DNA of 64,000 bases from Corallochytrium limacisporum Hawaii (Eukaryota; Protista; Pluriformea), in NCBI GenBank assembly GCA_002811645.1, contig PDIP01000063.1:197431-261430 (forward strand), in the 5' to 3' direction. The translations under genes and the position numbers were made by a program. This document shows, one piece after another, positions 10,693 to 19,002 of this stretch. The notes under the pieces are model-generated. The model worked only from the letters and a program-made list of their open reading frames with translations, searched no databases and was not told the DNA's origin. Within the stretch, counting starts at the first letter, position 1. Each line of letters opens with the position of its first letter.

Positions 10693-12141
10693 ATGGTTGC
10701 AAACGCAGACAATAACATGTTGGCCGCCGCCGCAGGAACCACAGCACGGAGCATATCCATGCCTGCAGGCAAAATATCGCGAGTGGCGGTGATCGGATGT
10801 GGTGCAAGTGGCATAATCGCCGCCCGTTGCCTACGAGCAAATGGCATCTCGGGGGTCAAGATTTTCGAACAGAGCGATGTGGTTGGAGGGACTTGGAAGT
10901 TCAGGCCCGAGTCTGACGCACAATTTGCAATGCATTCAAGCATGTACGAAGGGTTGCATACGAACTTGCCGAAGCAGATCATGCAGTACTCGGATATGGA
11001 AATCGAGGCAGACATCGACTACCCCGACCACACAGCGGTGCAGAACTACCTAGAAAAGTATGCGGAGAAGCACGACGTCCCATCCCTGACTACCTTTTCC
11101 ACGAAAGTACTTCAAATCTGGAAAGACAAGGCTGAAGATGGGCAGCAATGGGTTGTTCGCAGCGCCAGAATTGACGGAAGTGCACAAACTGAGGAGACTT
11201 TCGATGCCGTAATGGTCTGCAATGGGCACTACTCCCAACCTCTGATTCCAGCGATACCGGGTATCGATCAACTTCTGCCAGAGGACGGCGCTGGCCTATG
11301 TCACCCACCAACCGACCGTACTTACGATATGCAGAAGGGGGTCGTCTTGCATAGCCATTGGTACCGATCTCCCGGTCGGTTCAAAGATCGCCGGGTGCTA
11401 GTCCTGGGCGCGGGCTCGTCGGGCCAAGACATAGCGCGAGAGGTTGGATCCGTGGCCGAGAAAGTCTACATTGCCAGCGATAAAGTGGAGAGGCTCGAGA
11501 TCCGGGACGCTGAGGAGAAACTTGTGGCCGAATCGATTAGGCCGGTCACGGAGTTTCCTACCGTGCACACCGCTAAGACCCGCCGTGTGGTTGATGACAA
11601 GGGCACGGAGGAGGATGCTGTCATTGAGTTTGACGACCTCGTGATTTGCACCGGTTACAAATACGCGTATCCTTTCTTGGCGTCTGAAAAGGAAGGAGAG
11701 GACCATCACGTCGAAGACAAGGACCAGTCCACCAAATACTACGCGAACGGCGAAATCAGTGTCCTTAGCAATGGACGCTGGGTGGACGGCCTGTACCAGC
11801 ATCTCTTTAGCAAGAGTGACCCGACCCTTAGTTTTGTAGGCCTACCCTGGCTGTGCATTCCATTTCCCATCGCTGAGTACCAGAGCGAATGGGTTGCACA
11901 GTTTCTGGCGGGCAAGCTCAGTCTGCCGGACAGGGAGGCCATGGACGCTTGGGACAAGGCATGGCGGCACAAGATGGACAAGGCTGACGAGGACGCAAGG
12001 TTCTACCACCGTCTAGGTACGGACCAATTTCCGTACCTCGACGGTATCGCAGAGATTACGGGACTGCCGAAGACAACCGAAGATTTCCAGTGGAGATACT
12101 TCAACGCCAAGGAGATTCGGAAGCAAGTGTTAGGATACTAA
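10693..12141 (+). CDS. Flavin-containing monooxygenase (class B, FMO)
   Basis: FAD motif VAVIGCGASG, FEQSDVVGGTW, SSMYEGLHTNLP, FDAVMVCNGHY, HSHWYR fingerprint, NADPH motif VLVLGAGSSG, and CTGY. Confidence 0.95.
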   Translation: MVANADNNMLAAAAGTTARSISMPAGKISRVAVIGCGASGIIAARCLRANGISGVKIFEQSDVVGGTWKFRPESDAQFAMHSSMYEGLHTNLPKQIMQYSDMEIEADIDYPDHTAVQNYLEKYAEKHDVPSLTTFSTKVLQIWKDKAEDGQQWVVRSARIDGSAQTEETFDAVMVCNGHYSQPLIPAIPGIDQLLPEDGAGLCHPPTDRTYDMQKGVVLHSHWYRSPGRFKDRRVLVLGAGSSGQDIAREVGSVAEKVYIASDKVERLEIRDAEEKLVAESIRPVTEFPTVHTAKTRRVVDDKGTEEDAVIEFDDLVICTGYKYAYPFLASEKEGEDHHVEDKDQSTKYYANGEISVLSNGRWVDGLYQHLFSKSDPTLSFVGLPWLCIPFPIAEYQSEWVAQFLAGKLSLPDREAMDAWDKAWRHKMDKADEDARFYHRLGTDQFPYLDGIAEITGLPKTTEDFQWRYFNAKEIRKQVLGY

Positions 12142-12321
12142 CCCGCAGTGAAGCTCGACTGCTAGGCACAACGAATCTGACTGGCCTAAGTGTGGATTAA
12201 AGAATGTAGAAGAAAGAGTATTAGAATCTGAAATGTAATGAAACATAACTAGTTAGACGCATACGTCCTCGACAGAGAGCTTCCGTCTCTCTGGACCCAC
12301 TTCCTCTATGAGTGCCTATGT

Positions 12322-15123
12322 CTACTTCTGTCCACCTTGCGCCTTCGTCGCGTTCCCGCCAGCATTAGAGGCTTGCTGCCCAGGTGTTCCGTTACCGCCC
12401 CTGGTGCCCTTACCCGCGGCGTTGGCGCCCGCTACTGGCACAGTAGACGTGCTACTGGCGATGGCCTGCTGCTGCATCTGTGCGGCAGCAGCATGCTGCG
12501 GCTGCTGCCATGCTGGAGACGCGTAGACGGGCTGGGGTGCCCAGCCTGCGTTGGTGTATACTTCAGTACCGTATGAGTGGTAATCAGCAGCGCCCGCGGC
12601 TGCGTTCCAATCGTTCGCAGAGACAGGCCGTATCCGTGGTACGGGGTGTGCTTGGGGATGCGGATGATTCATAGCGGCCGCATATTGCGCGGGATGGTGG
12701 TGGTGATGGTGAGCCGCTGCAGGGTGATGCGCGGGGTGCACACCAATGTTGGCGGCCGCAGCCGCATGTAAGTTCATGTTCATGGCTGCACTGGCGGCCG
12801 CTGCATCATTGACATTGGAGGCAGCACCTGTTGTTGGGTACCAGAGGCCGCCGAAGCCGGCTCGGACGGCATTAGCATGCATCTGTTGCTGTTGGTGTTG
12901 CTGATGGGCAATATAGCCCTGACTGTTGCTGTGATGTTGCTGCTTGTTCGAATGGCTGCCGGACTTCCGGTTCGATGTCTTGGCGTTGTTGTTTCCTCCA
13001 GCGTTGCTGTTAGCGTTAGCGCCGTTACCGCTGTCTTTGTTGTCGGTGTTCTCCTGATGCTGATGATGCCTTGGACGCACAGGGTACTGATACGGATAAT
13101 GCTGGTGATGATGCTGCTGTTGGTGGTGGAAAGGCATCCCACTCGCAGCTGCAGTCACGGACACATCGCCGTGGTTCAGATTCCGCGCATGGGCAGGCAT
13201 ACTTTTCGCCAGCTGCTGTTGCTCACCTGCGGATGCGGCATTAGCGTCATTGGCGGTCGCCATACCTGCCATAGTCCCGCCACCTGGACCTCTTCGCACA
13301 GCACTTTGAGCTGCCGTTAACGGCACAGTGGCCACAGCCACGCCGCCATGGCCTGTCCCAGGCATGCGCATGGCTGGCACCTTCGGAGTCCCCGCAGCGG
13401 CGGAACCCCCAGCAACTGTACTGTACTGGCCACCTGTCTGCTGTTGGTTCCGCTGTTTGCTGTCTTTGCTGTCCCGTTTGGATGACACAGAAGCGGCGTT
13501 TGCCGCCTCCTTCGACTGCTCCTGTGACCGCTTCCATTGCAGGAACTCTTCGAAAAGAGCGACGTCTTCTTTGCTGGCGTTCGCGAGAGATCCCCCCTGT
13601 CCCCGATTTTGCGAACCGCGAGTAGAAGGTCCGTCAATGCGGTTTCGTTGGTCCTTTTGCGGCTGAGTTGAATTGCCGCTGCTCTTAGTGCGCTGTTGTT
13701 GCTGCTGAGCGCCCTTGTCGTCACGCTGTGATCCGCCTCTTCCACGCGTCAGATGCTGCTCTTGTTCCCTCTTTGCATCCAAACGCTTCCGCAGATCACC
13801 GTCTCCTGGCTGGCGTCTATTGCGCTGTTGCTGCTGTTGCTGTGGGTGACGTCCTCCCACCTTGGGCACAACCTGCGAATCAGAGCCTCGGTTCTGGCGT
13901 TGTTGCTGCTGTGGACCGCTTCTGACCCGGGACGAGGCATCTTCGGTCCTCTGCTGGTTCTTTCGATTGCCATCTTTAACGTCCTTGACCATCTTGGTTT
14001 CTTCCTTTCTAGTGTTCTTGCCGGTCGTCGGGGCCTCAGTGCCCTGGCTCTTGTTGCCATTGTTCAGGGATTTGGACTGGTTCTTATTGTCTTTCTTGCT
14101 GCTAGCAACGATGTCCGCCTTTCTATCTTTCTGTTGGTTGCGATCCTTGACTCGATCCTTACCCTTCAGATCCGAAACATCAGAATACGGCGGCTGTTCC
14201 TTCTTGCCATTGGTCTTGTTGTTGTTCTTGGTATTGTCCTTGACAGAGACGGGATCATCCTTCTTGGCTTTTTGCTGCTGCTGCTGTTCTTGCTTCTTCG
14301 CCTTCATGTTGACTTTGTCGTCCCGTTCCGTGGTCACTTCCACAACTTTTTTGTCATCAGGTGGACCGATCTGAGAACTTTCGTCGTCCTTTTTCTTGCC
14401 CTTGTTCCGGTTGCGCTGCTGTTTGTTGCGCTTTCCTTCGTCAGCAGACTCAACCTTGGTCTTGTCATTCTTGTCCTGCTTAGGCTGTTCCTGTGCCTGC
14501 GTTGTCTTGGCCTTTTCCTTACTGTCGTTGACTTCGTCCTTGGTGTTGGATATGTCCTTACCCTTCTGCTGTTCCTGCTGCTTCTTCTTCGCCTTACCGT
14601 CTTTCTTGACCTCTACAGGTGAGTCTTTGGACTCTACCTTTTTCTCGTCCCCTAGTTTTATATTGTTGTCATTCTCTTCCGCAGTTATAGCATCCTTCTG
14701 ACCTTTGTTCCTTCTGTTACTCGAACGTTTCTTTTCCTTTTCGGCTCCTCCAGCACTTTCAACAATTGCTTTCTCGCCCTGGTCAGGCTTTAGTTCCTTT
14801 GAGGCATCAGTTACTACAATGCTTTTATCTATTCCCTTCTGCTTAGACCACCGGTCCTGCTTCTGTTTGTTCGCTTTTCTATCCTGGTCTGACACCTTGT
14901 CACCTTTGTCAGCCACGGCTGGGGTAGTATTCTCCTTGTCGTCCTGTATCCTGGGTGACCTATCGCTGTTCTGATCTCCTTTGGCTTCCACTGTTTCGAC
15001 TTTTACAGTCTCCACAGGCTTAGGCTTATCTACAATCGACGGAGACTTGGCGGCGGCCTTGACCGCACCGTCCCCGGTGGTCTGCGCGTCGGTCATTGCC
15101 TTCTCTTTCACAGCCACGGGCAT
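12322..15123 (-). CDS. Hypothetical intrinsically disordered protein (K/D/E-rich N-half; Q/H/N/A-rich prion-like C-half)
   Basis: Stop-free ORF of about 930 aa; first ATG at 15123 (MPVAVKEK). No globular domain recognised. Confidence 0.8.
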   Translation of the reverse strand: MPVAVKEKAMTDAQTTGDGAVKAAAKSPSIVDKPKPVETVKVETVEAKGDQNSDRSPRIQDDKENTTPAVADKGDKVSDQDRKANKQKQDRWSKQKGIDKSIVVTDASKELKPDQGEKAIVESAGGAEKEKKRSSNRRNKGQKDAITAEENDNNIKLGDEKKVESKDSPVEVKKDGKAKKKQQEQQKGKDISNTKDEVNDSKEKAKTTQAQEQPKQDKNDKTKVESADEGKRNKQQRNRNKGKKKDDESSQIGPPDDKKVVEVTTERDDKVNMKAKKQEQQQQQKAKKDDPVSVKDNTKNNNKTNGKKEQPPYSDVSDLKGKDRVKDRNQQKDRKADIVASSKKDNKNQSKSLNNGNKSQGTEAPTTGKNTRKEETKMVKDVKDGNRKNQQRTEDASSRVRSGPQQQQRQNRGSDSQVVPKVGGRHPQQQQQQRNRRQPGDGDLRKRLDAKREQEQHLTRGRGGSQRDDKGAQQQQQRTKSSGNSTQPQKDQRNRIDGPSTRGSQNRGQGGSLANASKEDVALFEEFLQWKRSQEQSKEAANAASVSSKRDSKDSKQRNQQQTGGQYSTVAGGSAAAGTPKVPAMRMPGTGHGGVAVATVPLTAAQSAVRRGPGGGTMAGMATANDANAASAGEQQQLAKSMPAHARNLNHGDVSVTAAASGMPFHHQQQHHHQHYPYQYPVRPRHHQHQENTDNKDSGNGANANSNAGGNNNAKTSNRKSGSHSNKQQHHSNSQGYIAHQQHQQQQMHANAVRAGFGGLWYPTTGAASNVNDAAAASAAMNMNLHAAAAANIGVHPAHHPAAAHHHHHHPAQYAAAMNHPHPQAHPVPRIRPVSANDWNAAAGAADYHSYGTEVYTNAGWAPQPVYASPAWQQPQHAAAAQMQQQAIASSTSTVPVAGANAAGKGTRGGNGTPGQQASNAGGNATKAQGGQK

Positions 15124-16014
15124 CGTACACAATACACAGCCACACAATGTTCCTTTCTCCTTTCAATTCATACTACCCTCTTGACCACTAACAGATGGTT
15201 ATCAAGGTCTGTCTATGACTCGAAACATATCGTTCTCATACTGTCTGCGGGAAGAAGCCAATAGTTGAAATACCTAATCTATGATGTCCACAACAGACCG
15301 CCACGCTGGGGATGGCCAACAAAACTCCAAGGAAAGCGACAAGTTATGTAAAACGAAGATCCACAAGGCGACATCAAGCCAGTAGCATAAAATGCCGTTG
15401 AGCAAACAAAAACAAACCCAAAACGCACCATCCGGAATGATCACTCAAAGAACAAAACACTCTCAATATCATTGGTCAACCTCCGCACCCGTGGGCCGGG
15501 CTCCCGAGGCCCCCCTCCCCGTGCCACCGGCCGTTTTTGCCAACCGGGTGGGCGGATGGCAACCAGACACCAATGGCCGGCGCCCCTAAGGGTCGTCCAG
15601 CTCTTCTCCTCTCGGTGGCCTCTCTCAACTGGCCTTAGGTTCGCCTGCCCACCTCCCGCTTCCCCTCAAGACTGGCTTTTTCCCGGCCCCTTCGAAACCC
15701 TAGCCTTAGGGTAAGCGATAGCTGCCTTTCACTAAGTGCCAACCCCCCCCCCTCTTCAGGGCGCCGGGGAAATAGGCCCCCGGTTTCCACCGCAACCCCA
15801 CAGTGGGCCTTGTACATTAGGGAACTGACACCCTCCCCCGGGGAGGGGGGGGGCGATTTGAGGGGACAAGACGGGGCCTGAGGAGAATTCGAGACGATGC
15901 GAACGTGTTCTTGAGCGTGGACCGACAGCCTGAAAGCACGACAAAAAAAAGGTTGTAATTGTTTTCTATGGAGAATAATGTGTTTCTTTAATGATACATG
16001 CTGCAAATCCCAGT

Positions 16015-16176
16015 CTACATCTTCGATTTGAACAGGCGGCGCTTGATCAAGGTAAACGTTGATGGAGCTTCGTCGTCTTGGTCGCTGCCTGACGAGCCCG
16101 GAGCGATTTCGGCAACATCTGTCCCTGCCGCATGGCAGTCACTGGCATCTCTATCTGGCGATTCCCTGCCATGTAG
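16015..16176 (-). CDS. Predicted stop-readthrough extension of the lipase ending in a PTS1 (SKM)
   Basis: The stop context is CTA-TGA-CTA-C. The frame stays open for 53 codons, LHGRESPDRDASDCHAAGTDVAEIAPGSSGSDQDDEAPSTFTLIKRRLFKSKM, then TAG at 16015-16017. Confidence 0.7.
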   Translation of the reverse strand, partial: LHGRESPDRDASDCHAAGTDVAEIAPGSSGSDQDDEAPSTFTLIKRRLFKSKM

Positions 16177-17796
16177 TCATAGCTTATTGCTTGATGATGC
16201 CGGTGCAGGAGCTTGATCACGGGCCTCCTGTTCCTCGAGACCTCCAGCCTTATGACACATCCAGAAGAGCAGGGTGTCGCGGTAGTACATGATCTGATGC
16301 TTCTCCGCCATGAGATCGTAGACCTGACGAATACTGAGCTGTTTCCGCAGCAGGCTCTGGTCATCGGATACCACACATCCAATGCTCACAGCATAGGACA
16401 GATTCTCGTCATCGGTAGACCCGCCGGGAACGACACGCTTCAACTTACCACGCTCTGTTTGCATCGCCAGCGATTCGTATGAGCTTGTACGACGGGCGTC
16501 GGTCTCGGCATTAGTTTCGTACCGTCCCGTTTTCTCGGGCGCTTTGGGACCATCATTCGGTGCCGACGGGAAAGAAGTGTCGCGCTTGTTGGTCGCGTTC
16601 CGAGTCTCATCATGCGGTGTTGTGTTTTCTGCAATTTGCAGGGCATCGGTTGCGTCAACGAGATCTTCACTGAAATCGATTAGATCCGGCTGCTCAGCCG
16701 GCACTGGCTGCGGCTCGCCCCGTGAGCTCCTCTGTTTTACTTCTTTCAGAGCTTGTTTCTGCACTGAGGTGTCCCAGACAACGAGCTTACCGATCGGTTC
16801 ATAGCTCGGCACGAAAGTTTTGTATGCAGTCTTTCCTAGGGCTTCCAGGCCGGATGCAAACCAACCAGCCCCACCTGAACTGGTGTTCTGCGGTAAGGTG
16901 CCTGATCCACCACTGTCCCGCGACACATTCTGGCGTCCGACGTTGCCAAACATTCGCGCCATCAGCGGTACCGCAGCCTCTCCGACGGACCGGAGATTAT
17001 TGTAGACCATAGGTACCGGGTCACCCATCAGACAGAAATTGAAAAACGTAGCCGCAGCATTGGTTTCGAGGTGCAGGCGGAGGGCTGTATCAGACAGCGC
17101 GATGAACGGGGCGCCAAAGGTCAGGCACTTCATCTTAGGGTATTTGCAACCAAAGTCACGCTTGACCTTTTCCTGGAATTCTAAAGCTGCGACCTGTGCT
17201 ATTGCACCACCAAGTGAATGACCGCAGAACATCACCTGGGCCTCACCGTAGCAGCACCGTTTGATCTCCTGGTCTTTGTACTCGTCGTACATTTTCTTCA
17301 ACACCGGACGGATGTGAGTAAAGGCGCTCACAAAACCGCCAAAGAGCCCAACCTGTATGCCATTTTCAGCGCCTGAACCGCTCGAACCCTTTGATTTTGA
17401 TTGCTGGGCAGCTGATCCCGTCGCCGCCAGGGACTGGTACGTTTCCGGTTCGCCCAATGTCATGTATGATGGCATAGCCCGGACATTGAATTTGAGCCAG
17501 TCACTAACCGACTTGGTACCTCGAAAGGCAAAGATCATGATTCCTTCATACCGCACCAATAAAATGGTCAACGGCTCTGCACCTTCACCCACATCCACAG
17601 TCTCATGGCGCTCTTCCATGGTGGTCAAGTTTCTGCGGTACCGCTTGAAAACCTCCATGTCTACTCCAGGAAGCAGCGTTGCATCTGGATCAAGCACATC
17701 CCCATAGGCTGCCTCAGAAGCTACAAGAGCCTCCACAACTTCGACAATGTCAACCCCTTGCAACAGGTCATCGACGTGATCGACGCCCTTGGGCAT
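16177..17796 (-). CDS. Class 3 lipase (alpha/beta hydrolase)
   Basis: 539 aa. FAFRGT oxyanion motif, FCGHSLGGAIA nucleophile motif, TFGAP, DPVP, and a candidate catalytic His in EKHQIMYY. Confidence 0.9.
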   Translation of the reverse strand: MPKGVDHVDDLLQGVDIVEVVEALVASEAAYGDVLDPDATLLPGVDMEVFKRYRRNLTTMEERHETVDVGEGAEPLTILLVRYEGIMIFAFRGTKSVSDWLKFNVRAMPSYMTLGEPETYQSLAATGSAAQQSKSKGSSGSGAENGIQVGLFGGFVSAFTHIRPVLKKMYDEYKDQEIKRCCYGEAQVMFCGHSLGGAIAQVAALEFQEKVKRDFGCKYPKMKCLTFGAPFIALSDTALRLHLETNAAATFFNFCLMGDPVPMVYNNLRSVGEAAVPLMARMFGNVGRQNVSRDSGGSGTLPQNTSSGGAGWFASGLEALGKTAYKTFVPSYEPIGKLVVWDTSVQKQALKEVKQRSSRGEPQPVPAEQPDLIDFSEDLVDATDALQIAENTTPHDETRNATNKRDTSFPSAPNDGPKAPEKTGRYETNAETDARRTSSYESLAMQTERGKLKRVVPGGSTDDENLSYAVSIGCVVSDDQSLLRKQLSIRQVYDLMAEKHQIMYYRDTLLFWMCHKAGGLEEQEARDQAPAPASSSNKL

Positions 17797-18560
17797 GATT
17801 GCATGTGTTGTTCTATATTTACGAGTCTATGGTTCCTACACAATAACTTTCTTCAAAAGACAAACCCGCAACTTGATCTGGATAAATTAATCTCGTCATG
17901 GTTTTGGACATCAATTTGAGAATTCTAAAGCCCGTAGCGAGAGCTCACATTTCAAAAGTACCAGCCTCCTGTCTCTCTCATCGGTCACCGGTCTGATACT
18001 TTGCCACCGAGCCCGCTTCCCCGCCGAAAACAGGAGTCTATTTTCCAACCTTCGGAAGACTCCTACCTCTACGGCCTCGCCAGTGTATTTACTATACGAA
18101 TTCATGCGCCGCAGTTCATTCAGTACTGGCCCAAACAAAACAACTCGAACTACGGCAAACACACACGCACAAACCGCCAGTGGTGAATGCACGGAGGGTG
18201 GGAGGGGGAAGGGGGGCACCCAGGGGATTCGCTTGGGCAGAGGTTCACCCCGTGGTGGACTCGGCTCGGTTGGGATGGGCAAAGCTTGTGGGGATTGGGC
18301 GCATTTGAATGTGTGTGATGATATGCCGACAAGGATCGATTGCAAGTTGACCGCCAGGAGAAATCAGAACCTAGAGGTTTGGTACTTCAGAGTACACAAA
18401 TGTTACTACTTTAAGTGAACGAAATGTACCGCAATCAAAATTTGATATTTTGTCAAGGGATAACGGGACAAGCATATCACATATCCCTCAGGAAAACAAA
18501 TCGTAGGGAACAGTAGAAGGATCATCTTTCTGAATTTAGCATAGTCACACCGCAGTAAAC

Positions 18561-18731
18561 ATGAGCATGTTCGCGCGGGCAAACAACTGGGTTTCTTACA
18601 TGTGGCGGGAGGAGCCCGTGGTTCTGATGTCCCTGATGATGGGAGCGGCAACCCCTGTTATCGCGTGGTTCGCACCTCAGGGACCAAAGAACCGTTATCC
18701 TCTGAGCTATCCCATGCCCAAGGAAGAGTAA
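18561..18731 (+). CDS. NDUFA3: Complex I accessory subunit NDUFA3/B9 (fungal 9.5-kDa NI9M)-like microprotein, 56 aa
   Basis: Below the ORF-track cutoff. MSMFARANNWVSYMWREEPVVLMSLMMGAATPVIAWFAPQGPKNRYPLSYPMPKEE*. WREEPVVLMSLMMG parallels NDUFA3 WDKEPVLVVSFVVG, followed by one TM helix; PLSYPMP parallels PYNYPVP. Start context AAAC-ATG. Confidence 0.8.
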   Translation: MSMFARANNWVSYMWREEPVVLMSLMMGAATPVIAWFAPQGPKNRYPLSYPMPKEE

Positions 18732-19002
18732 GTTCGGGGTTCTGGAAGTATTAAAAATTTTATATGGAAGGGTTTGCAAGAAACAACATAGTAACAGCAG
18801 TCTTGTGGGCATGGGTAAATAGCAATTTATACAATGGCACATAGGGGATCCGAGCCGAAAACTGGTAAAACAACAATACAGACCTTCTCGAACGAGTCAG
18901 ATTCTCCATTGACCTTAGATCCTACAAAGGACGAAAGAAATTCTTTTGCTCAAGTGTTGTTCGCATAACTTTATCTATTCATACACAAGCTGAAGCGCCA
19001 TT

